From Gonapodya sp. JEL0774 (Eukaryota): 64,000 bases of DNA. The translations under genes and the position numbers were made by a program. The notes under the pieces were generated by a model. That model searched no databases, had not been told where the DNA came from, and saw only the letters and a program-made list of their open reading frames with translations. The DNA is taken from NCBI GenBank assembly GCA_027604505.1, contig JADIIX010000015.1:124001-188000 (forward strand), given 5' to 3'. Below, one piece after another: positions 26,015-38,880 of the stretch (within the stretch, counting starts at the first letter, position 1; each line of letters begins with the position of its first letter).

Positions 26015-29000
26015 ATGGGCTCCTCTCAGTCTCGTTCCTCTCAGGAAGACCGGGATGCAGACGACTTGGCGGCGCCCCCTTCAAACTCACAGCAGTCTGA
26101 AGCTCATCGATATTCCCACAACACACCTCCATACTTTTCAGACTCTGTGGAGACGCGCGAGTCATCATCCCGCAGTCGCTCTTTCGCCTCATTTGCTTTC
26201 CCCAACCCACTATCGGATCACCAACCACCAAACGCCCACTCTTCATCGCCATTCTCCCTTTTCCGCCCACCGTCCCCTTCACTGTTCTCTCGCTCTCCCT
26301 CACCATCTCGCCCCTCGCGCGCTGCTTCCCATTCCCGCGACATTGATCCCAACACGATTATTGATTTTGGAAAACTTACCCCTTCTGGTCTATACCATTC
26401 AAATCAGGACTGGGACACACGTGCAGTACGACGTTTAATACTCGATAGACGAATTGCGCCGTTTTACAAGGGTCTGAATGATCCGGAAGACTGGATGGAG
26501 GCAGAGTCAACAACCTCAGACCGACCACCGACACCCGCCTCCTTCTCGTCTTCTTCGTTGCGGAATACTCCTTCTCCACTTCCTACTTCGTCGTCGTCGT
26601 TAGATCTTCTCGATGCACCCTCGTCATCGTTGAGCCCCGCTGCCGTGGTAGGGAGTAATGCATCCTCGGTCCATTCGACGTCTCCTACTCGTCCCTCGTG
26701 GCTCCACCACCGTCAAACCGCGTCCTCCTCGTCATCGTCATCGTCTTCTTCTGCCATATCTGCTTCCTCATCACACCAAGCCGTCCACGCATCTGGCCAT
26801 CATGGGAACGTTCTACCTCCCTCATCGTCGTCCCATTCCCTCGCTCCTGCACCTGGGGCGTCGTCATTTCTATCGTCTTCGCTCCCGTCCCACGCTTTTC
26901 GATCTGCCCGTCCGTCTTCTCCCTCCCCATCTCTCTCAGCCATCCCAACATCCTCTTCACCTTCGGAAGTTGCCCCCCGACACCGTGCCTACTCTTCCTT
27001 TTCTCATTCATCTCGCGAAGATTTGCTACACCATCATCACCACCATCATTCTGCTCCAATCGGCCCTATTGTGAGCAACCCCAAGACTGTGACAATGGAG
27101 GAGCTCTATGGGAGCCCGATTGAGTGTCCTATTTGCTTTTTGGTGAGTGGTGACCTTTGACCGTAATTTGATGATTGCATTGCACCGTCTACACGTAAGA
27201 ACGTTTAGTATGCACGTAAATGGGATGGAGCCGCCGCAGTCGATCTTATCTCAAGGCTGGAATCTCACGGCGTTCCCTGTTGTCTTGTAATCACCCGAGG
27301 TTGTTGAATTGTAGCCTTAATTGTGTCTTTCCACTTCGTCGCAGTACTACCCTCGCAACATCAATCGCAGTCGCTGTTGTGGCCAGCCATTGTGCACCGA
27401 ATGCTTTGTGCAGATCAAAAGGGATCCGGGTTCTGGCGAGGTCGCGAGGTGGGTTCAGGTGTTTGCTGCTCGCAAAAGGCTGGAGCGGAAGAAGTACATG
27501 TAGATTGAGAGTAGAGAATGCTGGAAGGAGAAGTTGGTAGGGTTTGAATGTGACAGGAACCCTACAAACGGGTGTTCTGCAGCAGCTCAGAATTTTCTTC
27601 CCTTACGATTTTTGTTGAAATCACCTGTTTCGTCCCCAGCTGTCCCTTCTGTGTGGAACCCGATTTTGGTGTGATATATCATCACCCCGACACACCTGCC
27701 TTCCGCCTTTCTGCCAAACTACCCCCCTTGCCGACCACCGTGTCATCCTTCTCATCCGCTACGTCACTTGGGTCGCTCCCGCATATAACGACTGCGTCGT
27801 CAGAATCAGAGCAACAGGGAGCAGGATCGGCACCCGGATCACCATGTACCCAAGGACAGGGAGAAGAACCAGCCTCTGACGACGGGACGAGACTGCAGGC
27901 TGATTCAGCACCACAACAACGGCGGATCAGTCTGCCGCCAACTCACACGCTGGTCGTGTCAGCAGGTATGGAGCTCTGGTACCTTGGCCTGTTTCTTTCA
28001 TTAGCGCACGGGAGCCGAAATTGCAACCTGTTCCCTGTCATCAGATTTGCTCCGCCCTGAATGGTCCCGTCGCATGGCTCAACTCCTCGCAGCTCGAACT
28101 GCTGCCGCTTCGTCCACACCTTCGTCTTCCTCTCCTCTTTCGGGGCCGAGAAGGGGTCTTGCAAATCTGTCTGTGCTGGCGGCCTTAACGAGGGGAGGGC
28201 AACAAAATATTGATCCGGGAGCTTTGAGGTGCGTTCAGATTGCAGACTCGTTTTTGTAAGTGATAGGAGCAAGGCTCATCGGTTGGAGGTCCCAAATAGC
28301 TCCGCTGCAACAGCCGCGGCAGCAATGCTCGAAACTTCTCTCTCGTCTACCCGGCGCCGCTCCCCGTCCCCATCAATGTTGTTTCGGAGATCGCATCGGC
28401 AGACCCCATCGCATGGTTCAGGAAGCTCGGCCGCATCGGCTGAGGAAGGTGGAAGGAGGAGGCGGGGTTGGTGGAATGGTATGGGTGAGGGTGAGTATGG
28501 AACTCGAGAGTTGGTGATCGAGTAGTACTGTTGGCTCCATTGCAACTGACCTCTTTTCTTCAATTGTAGCGGCCCTCGCAGTCTCTGCTATGCGCACAGC
28601 TGGAGCTGATTTGGAAGAGCTTATGCTGGTTGAGGCAGTCAGACGGAGCTTGCTCGAATCTGAAATGCCGCAATCAACTCAAGCCGGTGAGCCTTCTGGC
28701 TCGAATAACTCAGCATCCGCTACGGCAGTGCCATCCTCGTTATCGTCCGCACCTGGAGCACCTACCATATTGTCAGAAGCGTCACCCGGCGACTCAGATA
28801 CACGTCCACCGCTTGCGGTGCCGTCGCTTATTGTGTCCACCTATGGTGAGCGCAAGAGCACGGATACAGGCGAGCGGACACCGACAAGGGGCAGTTCGGA
28901 CAACGGATGGGCGATGGGCCTGGGTATGACAAGACTGGTCGACGGTGCCTTGGAGGTGGCGGAAGGAGGCGAGGCGCAGCCTGGAACGAGGCAGAGGAGT

Positions 29001-29135
29001 GAGAGTCAGGTGACAGCCAAAGAGGAATCCGGTGTTAGTGTGAGTGTGAGTGGGATTCAGGATGCTGTGATGGGCAGCAAGGAGGCGGAAGCTGGTCTTC
29101 TTAGTGGGGAGGTTGCGCAAGCCGCGAGGGGATAG
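26015..29135 (+). CDS. SIP5: Sip5-like RING-finger protein (Snf1/Reg1-interacting family)
   Basis: MGSSQSR start (possible myristoylation); [85 protein letters not shown]. Confidence 0.85.
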
Positions 29136-29643
29136 CTGGTGAATAACAGGCTTAGATCCACGATGATCGGGAGACTCTAATAAGTTTCGATGCAAACAGG
29201 ATTTATTTTTAGACATTGCAATGGTTTATCGGTGTGCCTGGAGTCAGCGCATCAGATAGGATTTTTATTCTGCATTGGGTTATGTAAAGACGATTGAGTG
29301 TATGTATATACAAGGTGCGAATTGAAGATATGAACCAATTTCGACCAGGAAGGCCATGGGTTGTAGCAAATGCAAGTTCGGTTGAAGAGCCACGGAATTG
29401 AAGAAAATGCCGCCTTCCTTCACTCCCCAAAAGACCTACTTTTCGTTCGCTTGCGCTGAGCTCCAAAAATGTACACAGTCGCAAATTGCATCATTGACAG
29501 CTGTTATACAATGAACTAACGGTACTTGCAAAATATACAACGACAACTAAAAGTGGAGTGACTGCACTGCAAATATGCCGGGTCATAGTCCATAGCGCAT
29601 AATTGGGTGCTCGTGTAGTACCAAATGTACAGGCCACAACGCT

Positions 29644-32600
29644 TCACGAAGGTGGTGTCTGCGTTTTGCCCATCGTGCCATAACCACTGTCCAGTACTTT
29701 CGCCAAAACGCCAGCCGCCCCAAGTTTGACAGGCTCCCTCAACGAATGGCTCTTCGTACCAGAGAACATTTCTCCGAATCCCGAATCGGCCACCACAGCT
29801 CCAACTCCGCCTGAGGACCCCGTGCGTGCGCTCGTTTTGTCGTCCTCTCCATCAACTGGGAGCAATGCAGATGCACCCATGCTTGCTCGACTTTCACTCG
29901 TTCGACTTGTCTGTGTTGCGGCCAACGATTCTGAATCTGCTCCCCGACCACTTAAGCCTCCGAGACCAAAACGCTCGGCAACCGGTGACATCGAGTCTGG
30001 GTCCTCCCTTCCAGGCTCACCTGATCCATCGCCATCTTCAACTGATTCCAGAGCGGCCTCCCACGCGGTCTTGCTAAGGGCGCTGCTGCTCCTGACCAGT
30101 TCTTCGAACTTCCTCTCGTTCTCCTCCCGCTCCCTTTCCTTATCTTTATCCCTCCCTGCTTGAGGTCCATGACGCAAGAGCACAGCGAGCCGTGTAGGTG
30201 AGGCCTGGGGTGCTTGGGATGTTCCGCCATGCTGAGATGGCGAACGGCCCAGAGCTACGGCGAGGGACGCAAGTCCTGGTCGAGAGTCCCGTGGGGTGAT
30301 GGTAACGGACGATGCGACACTTCCTGTTGACGAAGACATGCCGCTAGTGATGGCGGTTGGAGGTCGGTCGTTTGTTGGTTTGACGGGGGATCCGCTCGGG
30401 GTTTGAAACGCGGAGTTCGGAGCTGACGAAGTTGGGCTGCCAATCGCCGATACGTATGGAGTGTCCACGTTGGTCAACACTGACGCATGCATTTGTAGTG
30501 TTATGGGTCTTCCTGCCATAAAATTTTGTGGCTGCGGCACTTCTGACGTTTGCTCGGCCCTGGGGGCGAAGAGACCAAACCTTCTCATCTCCCCAAGAGT
30601 ATACTCCTCGTACCCATCTCCTTCCAAAGCCCCTAGTGATGATGCCATTGACGACCGAAGGTCAAGCTTGCTGTGAGAAGAAGAGAGCTTGGTGAACAAA
30701 GAAACGGACTGGATGGCGAACCGGGCCGAGAGAACTCGTGTGAACTCGTCGTCTTCACGGAGGTATCGCTCTGACCGCTGCCGGCCAAAAAGCACCGTGT
30801 AGAGGTCGGGTGGTGGGCGGCGACGATTGAAGACCTGGCGGTCGGAGCCATTCATATAGATAGTAGAAACACGTTTGTGTGAACAAAAACATCTCCTCAA
30901 GAGAGCTAAACCTTAGCCTCGACACACAACACACCTTGTCCTGCAAATTCTCGCCTGCCATCCTAGTCTGCGTCGTCAAATTCCTCAACCCTGCTCGCAT
31001 CCTGTCTACCCACCCCGCCCCTTCCTCGTCTCTCGCGCCGACACCCGCTTTCCACACCTCCCACCCGGTCATGTCAAACTCCCCGGCTTTGCCTTGATCC
31101 GCAGCGTATCCTGCCCAGTCGTCCGACTCACCCCACCGTCTCACATACACTACATTGTCGTCCTGAGCAGGCGCCAGACCGCTCGATTTCGCAGCTGGTG
31201 GAGAGGGTCTTCGAGGCCGCCGGAGCGGCGACAGCGGCGACAAGGAGGCGAGAGAGACTGGTTCGTCGAGGGACTTTGGACGCTGGGAGGACGATTTGCC
31301 ATGGTTGCGCCCCGGTCCGGAACCGGGTGAGGATAAGGTTGCCGATCCAGATCCTTGTGCGGACCCATGGGCTCCTGCCCCAGTCACACTGGCTCCCGCT
31401 CCGGTTCCCGTTCCCGTGTCAACGATGGAGCTCCCACCACTGGACCCCCTGTTCCTAAACAGGCTCAAACTGGGCGCCCTCCCGACGGTCACGTTGCTCA
31501 TCATGCCTGCCATGGACATCCTCTTCGTTCCAACAACGGCCCCCGAACCACCCACATCCGATCCACCTGACATGGACGCCATACTGTCTCTACTCGACCT
31601 CGCGGATCCACTCCTCGCATCCCAATCACCACTGCCTCCGCCCGCGCCAAAAGCTGCGAGCAAAGTTCTGGCTCGGGACTCGATTGAGGGTCTCGGAAGG
31701 CCTGAATGTGCGTCCGCCACGGCACCCACCACTACAGCTGAGGCTGCGGCGAAGCTTGTGCTGAGGCTGGGTCGGCGGGCAATTCGAGACTGATGGTCGC
31801 GGCGCAAGTGGCCCGATCGGTCGAGAGAGAGTGCACTGGGGATGGAGGGCGGTGCTGGAAGACCAGTTGAGACCCCAGGGGAGGTGAGACCGAACCTCTC
31901 AGCAAACTCCATGCCCATCACTGGTGTGATTTCCCTCCGTTTGAAGTCCGTCACCAGCGTGGGGAACCGCACATCCGCAGCGGCTTGACCACCAACACCA
32001 GCAGCACCCCCAACCGCAGCCCCAACCGCAGCCGCAGCCGCCGCCCGCCCGGCCGACGAGTGCGACGCGACCCCGCTCACAGCCCTGGGCCTCGTTCCCG
32101 CCGGGGACCCCGCCGCCCCGCCAACAGACCCAAACACCCCACTCTCGGGCCTCCCGTGGAACTTGAACCCTGCCTGCTCCGCCACGGCGACGCTCACACT
32201 CCTCCCTCCCCTGGCCGCCCTTCCCGCCGCGGCCGCTGTGCCCCCCGGCCCGAGCTGCTTCGGGTTCAGATTGGATCCAGTACCATGCGCGATGCCGAGG
32301 CCGTGTGGGTACAGGTGGGTTTGGGCGAAGGTGAATCCCGTGGACGAGGTGGTCGAGTGGGGCCCGCGGAAGGACGATGAGAGGGAGTTGGCCGCAGATG
32401 GGGAAAAGGACGAGGAGGATGGCGCGAGGGAGGACGTGGAAGGCACGCGGGAGGTGGCGCCTGGCGGAGGGTAGGAGAAGGAAGATGAGGACTGCGAGGA
32501 GACGGAAGATGTGGACGGGGCGAGTGTGGAGATGGAGATGAAAGGGCGTGGGGGAAGCGTGGTTTGGTTTGGTGGGGTGGGCAAAGTGGCCGTGTGTACG

Positions 32601-35314
32601 GCAGAGGTGGAGTTTGGGGTGGGAATGGGGAGCGACCCCCGGCGTTTTGCAGATGATGTCGAATCTGCAGAGCGGGATCGGGACAAGGGGCGGGACGGAC
32701 GTGGGCGAAATGCGTCGGACGATTGCAGCGAAGTGGTGGTGGTGGTCACGGGCGGGGTCGGTGTCGCTGTGGTGGCGGACATAGCGGACGATGACGATGC
32801 AGACGTACCCTGCACCTCACCACGCCCCCGCACCACCTGTCCATCCCCCCCACCCGCAGCACCACCGCTCCCACCCGCCTCCCTCCCAACAGACGCAGTT
32901 CTCCCCCGGCCGCCGCCCACTCCACTCCGATCCACACTCGATGCCCGCCGCGTCCCCGCCTCAGAGGCCACCACACCGCCCGTTGCCGACCCTGCGTTGC
33001 CGGCCCCCGCCCCTCCCGCCCCGCCCATACCCACCCCCCCCGCAGACACGCCTGATCCCACCGACGCCCCCGACGCAACCGACGCGTGCCGGGCGTGACC
33101 TGTAGGGGTCAAGTGCGGGCGGGATCGGGCGGCGGTGGGAGAGTCTGGCGGGGAGTGGAGGCTGGCGCTTCGTGGGCGGGCAGGAGGGGGCAAGGGAGGG
33201 GCGGAGGGGGACGGGGGCTGGGGGGTGTGGGTGTGGGTGTGGGTGTGGAGGGTGGGCAGTGAAGCCGGGAGGGACGGTCGGGGTGAGGGCGGTGTGGGTG
33301 CAGGGAGAGCTCCAAACTGCGCTGGTTGGTGTCGCTGCGGGATGACCAGTGCCGCGGTGGCTTGCAGAGGGGACGACGGGAACGGGTGCGGGTGCTGGGG
33401 GACGGGTATGGACGTCGCTCTGGCGCGGGTGGGTGTGGGTGGTGGGGATGTGGAGGTGGGTCGGTGGACAGAGGAAGGGGAGTGGGAGGCCGGCGGGCCG
33501 GGTGTGCCGGGCGGGGACAAGGACAAAGCCGGCGACGGCGGGAAGGACATGCTGGTGGTGGAGGGTGAGGTGGATCCGGATCCCAAGACCGACGATTGTG
33601 GCCACGCAGTCGACGATCCCGACGCCCCCGATCCCGCCCCCGCCCCCGACAGGGTTGCCAAGAGAGCGAGCAGGCGCGACTGGTTTTGGTACTGGTACTG
33701 GTTCTGGTTCTGGTTCTGGTTCTGGTTGCGGACCTGGCCCTGCGCCGCACTCTCCCCCTCGTTGGCCTGCGATGACGAAGACGAAGACTCCGACGAACCG
33801 AGGGCCGTCGTCGTGTTCGAGTTGGCGTTGGCGTTGGCGATAGAGAGGTGTGAGTGGGACGCGGAGAGGGAGAGGGGTGATGTGGGTGAGGGGGAGGTGG
33901 ACGAGGGGGACGAGGGGGACGAGAATGAGGAGAGCGTGGAGGAGCGGGGGCGGGCCGAGGTGGCCGAGGGGGGCAAGGGGGCTTGGTGAGGGAGGGGATG
34001 AGGGGATGAAGGGGAGTGAGGGGGATGGAATAAGGTGAACCGGTGGGGACGGGGATGTGGAGACGGGATAGGCCACACCGACACTGGAGATGTATCGTTC
34101 CCGAGGTCGCTGGACGAATGTCCTCGGTCACCCAAACATCCGCCTTACCCCTACCGCGCACTTTGACTCGACTTTGGCAGTCCAAACACCAACTTGCTAC
34201 TTCGAACAATCTTCACCTCCTCTCACACCAACCCCCCTTTTCTCCGTAGCAACCCCACCCCGCAACCCGCACAGCTTAAACCCGGCATCCCACAACCCCC
34301 CCCTCCCCCCCGCCCCCCCCCTCTCGCTGGCCCGTGCTCCTCCCCGTACTTGTACTCACCTCGGTCACCCCCTCGTCCTCCTCCTCCACCTCGGTCCCCA
34401 CCTCCCGCTCCATTTCCACCGCCACCTCCACCTCCGATGCCCTTGATCCTCTCAAAGAACCCCTGGTCGGGGACCGGGGCCGAGGCGGCTGGACCTGTCC
34501 CAGTCACGGCACCCCCTGGACCTGGACCTGGACCCGCACCTGCACCTGCAATCACCCCCGTCCCAGTCCCGTTCCCGTTCCCATTCCAGCTCCAAGTCCC
34601 AGCGGCAGTGCCGGCATCCCCGTTCACACTCGCACCCCGCCCCCCGCTCCCGCCCGCCACCGACCCAGACCCAGACGCCACCCCCCCGACATCCCCCGCG
34701 ACAGTGTTGTGTCTTCCGAACACGCGGGTCCAGGGTCTCCCACGGGGCGGTGCGGTGGGCGAGGTGGGTGAGGTGGGGGGGACGTCGGAGGGTGTGGGAT
34801 AAGGGTAGGGGTACGGGAGTGCACGGGAGTCGGAGGAAGGCGGAGCGGGGGACGAGGGTGTGTGGTGAGAGATGGCGGGTGCGGCGGAGGACGACAATGC
34901 GGACAAGGGAGCAGGACCGGAAGAGTTGGCGCGGTGGTGGTGACGGGAGTGGCGGGGAGAGGGCGAGGGGGAGGGAGAGGCGAGGGAGCGAGGAGAGGGA
35001 GAGGAGGGGGAGGAGGAGTCAGCCGGGAGGGGAGATTGCGGGGATGGGTGTGAGGGAGAATTTGAGAAGACAGTGAGCCAAGAGGATTTGCGTCTTGAAG
35101 GGGAAGAAGTGGGTTTGAGGAGGTTGAGGGGGGCTGAAGAAGCGGGGTTTGATGGGATTAGGTGAGAGTGAGTTGTGTTGGAAGATAAGAGGGAGAGCGT
35201 TGGATTGGGCGTGATCGAGTCCGAGGGAGGGTTGAGTTGCGCGAGGGAGTCGCCAGCGCTGCGAGCACGGGAAGACCTGGCAGGAGACGCAGCGACCGAA
35301 GAGACGAGAGTCAT
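29644..35314 (-). CDS. Very large Ser/Pro/Gly-rich low-complexity hypothetical protein, probably 3 exons
   Basis: ORFs of 363, 1126 and 418 aa on the same strand. The GT-AG intron at about 30835-30933 joins LQDK to VFNRRRPPPDLY in frame. The junction between the 34223-35314 ORF and the 1126-aa ORF is inferred. Confidence 0.6.
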
Positions 35315-36431
35315 TGGGAGAGTGGAGGGGAGGGGAGGGCAGTGGAGAGTCGAGAGTCGAGAGTGGAGACGGGTGAAGTGCGATGGAGATTAAGGGGTCC
35401 ACACCGACGGAGACCAACAGAGTGTCCCCTTTTTTCTGTGACTGATGGAGGGAAGAATCCAAGAGTACAAAAGAGCGGAAAAGAGCCATGAACAGAGCAA
35501 ACACATCAAGACCGACACGGCAAGATCTGACCCCGCACACACACCCACTCCCGGCGCGACAACGGAAACAGCCTCCCGCGCTTTCAAAAAGTCTCAAAAT
35601 TCGAAACGAATCCGCGAATCCCGCTGCGTCCCCGTCCCGTCCCGTCGCTGGCGTGCGTCCGGGGATTCCGGCCTTTCTGAACCGGCGGCCAGCCCTTGTG
35701 CGTTTTTGACCCCCAGACCACCCGTTCCTCTCCAGCTCCAACCAGAGCGCTTTCAAGGGGGCCAACGCGCGGACACTCGAATATTCGCACTGTTGAAACG
35801 AAACGTGCGAATGGAGCAAAACTGCCGGGATTGGGATGGACACGGAACGCGTTGGGTGCAGTTGGTGGGCTCCGTTTCATCGGCAGTCCAGACGCAGTCT
35901 CCTGGCCACACCCTTTGATCACTACAACCTCGATCACGCCCCCTGTTCACTTCAGCCGTTCCGCAATAACGAGCCAGTATTTCTTTCTTCTCCGTCTTTT
36001 TCTCGTATACGTTTGTTTATTGTGTTGGATTCCAGGCATCCCATTCGGACGTGACTGTGGCACCAGGTCCATATCTCCGCAATATCCTGTCCAGAAAAGA
36101 AAATATTCAAGAGTACATTGCAGTCATTGCCATTGGTTAAGTTTGTTGATGTTACTTTAGGCTAGAATGGGCAGCAGGTTCACAATTAGAGTGGGTTTCA
36201 AAGTTGACTGAAATCGAATTATAATGATTCCATTCTCGGCGACTTATTGTAAAACCGTCTCCCAGCAAATTTATTTGTGGTCTATGTGCATAATACTGGT
36301 GAGTCATGCATGCATCAGCTTGTAACACATGACACTACATTCTCTCGATTCCCCAACTGGAAACCAAAATCCAACTCAAAACTCCAAGTCAAACTAAAAC
36401 ATCAACCAGACATCAACTAGTCATCAACAAG

Positions 36432-38349
36432 ATGGCAGCAATGACGGCTGTTGACCCCGATTCGCAAGACGCTCAAGACCACTCAATTCCAATCACGAAT
36501 CTCCCCCTGGACCACTCAGACTCATCCGATCTCTACAGACTCCGCACTCAGTGCGTTTTTTCTCTTCTCTTGTTCGCCTTATTGTCCCCCCCTTCGGCCT
36601 CATTCTCCTTTCCTACTCCCCTTTACCCCACCCATTCTATTCCCCCAACAGACTCTCTTCCCTCTCCCGCTCTTCCTCCTCCCGCGAATCCCACCTCGAA
36701 CGCCAACTTGCTTCTGCCCAACTCAAACGCGATCTCTACCTCAACATCCTCGACACACTCGTCGACAGTCACGGAAGTCTCGGTGTGTACACGGTGTGGG
36801 GGTGTGGGAGTGTGGGGGTACAGGCTTTGTGCGATGAGAGGGGTGGGATGCACGTTACGGTTTGGGCTTGATTGCTCCTTCGCACTCAAATCACAATGCT
36901 CTTTGTGCTCCTGATTATCAAATCTTCACTCCCGCCCACCACCCACTACCCACCACACACCAACCACCACCATTTCCCCCTTCCCCATTCCCCCCTTGCC
37001 TTGCCTTTCCCTCAGTCCTCGTCAAAATCCACTTCTCTCCGTCCTCGTCCCCCTCGCCCGTCGCCACTTGTACGTTTTTGCGACATATTTTTTCTCCACT
37101 GTTCCCTATCCCATATCGTACCGCTTGACAATGTTCATTTCTCGCTCGTTACGGGCACCACTTCCTACTTCCCACTTCCCCCCGTTCCACGTCCACTCCA
37201 CCCCCCTCCCACGGCCCCAGTCTCCCTCCTCCTCCCCACATCCCCACTCGACCCCTCCCTCACCACCTTCTGCACCGCCAACGCCCTTCCGCCCCCCACC
37301 GACCCCTCCTTCTCCCGATCGCTCTCGTTCTCCTTCTCGTCACCCTCTGCAGGCCACAAACCCGTCGTACCGGGGACGTCGGTCGCGGGTATCGTGGGCG
37401 GAGGATCGGGCACCTCGGTACACGACACCACACGTGTCCACTCCGCCTCTATCATCGCCCGCTTCTCCATACCACCCGCACTCCTCGTCACAGTCCATGT
37501 GAGTAACGGAGTGCAGAGCTAGTCACGGTCGGCTGCTCTGCTCTTCTGCTGCTCTGCACTCCATTTGGAGAGTCCAACGCACGGGTGGACCAGCGTACCG
37601 TTTTCAACCACTCACATCACTCAACTCCCTCCTCCCGTTCCCCGTACACGTACCCTACCACCCACCTCAGCTCCACGGCCTCCACTACGAACGCACATCG
37701 TTCACCGTGCCTCGGGATACCAACGCTCAGGCGCTCGTGGCAGCGTATGTGTATAGGGAGGGCGGGGTGAGTTGTCGGAGAACCGGGGGCCGGGGGGGAC
37801 TAGGTGGGGGTGCGGGAGTGGTGGAGTGGTGGTGGAAGCTGTAGGGGAAGACTGAGGTGGATGGAGAGGGGTTTTTTGGAGACTATTGGATTGGTGGGCG
37901 TGTTTGGCGGTTTCGGATCGGGTTTGGATCCGGGGCCCCGCTGTTTTCTTCTGTTCCATTTGCTGAACCTCCCATCTCATAATCTACCCCGTTCCCTCGT
38001 CCCCACCCCACCTTGTCTCCCCCCGTCCCTTCTCCCACCCCAAATCCCGCACACACCCCTCTTCGCCCGACCCGGCCGGCGAAAGTAGACCCTCGACCCC
38101 GCATCCACATTGGCGGTTGTGTACAGGGGTAAGGTGTGTGGTGTGAGGTGTGGTCCATGTCCCGTGTCCCCGATCGTGGCGTATGCGGTGTGCGGTGCTG
38201 GTGTTATTTGGATCGTTGGGTCTGACAGTCCCGTTGCCTCCCACCCCACCCCCTGCACACGTGCCAAGCCCCTCCCGCCCACCATCAAGCTCAATGACGT
38301 CGTGGATGCCGACGAGAGGGAGTGTGAGATGTTTGTTGCAGAGGTGTGA
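36432..38349 (+). CDS. Protein with a coiled coil and two ubiquitin/SUMO-like domains (Rad60/Esc2/NIP45-like architecture), about 7 exons
   Basis: Hand-spliced C-terminus LLVTVH/LHGLHYERTSFTVPRDTNAQALVAAYVYREGG/TLDPASTLAVVYRGK/PLPPTIKLNDVVDADERECEMFVAEV* fits a beta-grasp pattern. All junctions are GT-AG and in phase. Confidence 0.55.
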
Positions 38350-38880
38350 GGTGGGGGAGGATTTGATGGGGTGGATTGGAGAGGGGAGCTCGGGGTACAC
38401 TCGTTGGATGATAGGATATTCGGTAACTTCATTTTATTTTGCTTTTCTATGGAGCGTTGTAGTGGGAAGAACGGGAAAGCGGCCGACTCGGAGTGCGGGC
38501 GAGAGTGCTGTTGCTAGCAGCCCTGGCGCCCTTGTCAACACCATGAAACGCTGCATCGACACTCTCCCATTTCTCGTCTCTCGATGGAAACTCACCCCAA
38601 CGAGATCCTCCATCGCATTCTTCGCTACCTCCGTCCCCGGACGTTCTACGGGGTTGAAATATGTGACCCCCGTCCCTCACTGTGTCTTTCTGATACTTTC
38701 TTAAATAAGTTATTGCTAGGATGAATTATCGTAATCGACGTTTGATTTGACTTTTGTTTTTGGTCCCACGACATTTGAAAATGGATGCTGTGATGAATCA
38801 GGCTGTGACCACAGGACCCTTACAAAATTTCTCCTTCAATGCAATCCCCAACGAACATATTTTCGTGAATTCTCCCGCCC

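Noticed and set aside
32000..35100. Many long overlapping ORFs on both strands (e.g. 33135-33989 with WFWFWF, 32961-34076)
   Set aside because: Shadow ORFs caused by GC-rich, repeat-rich sequence that is poor in stop codons.
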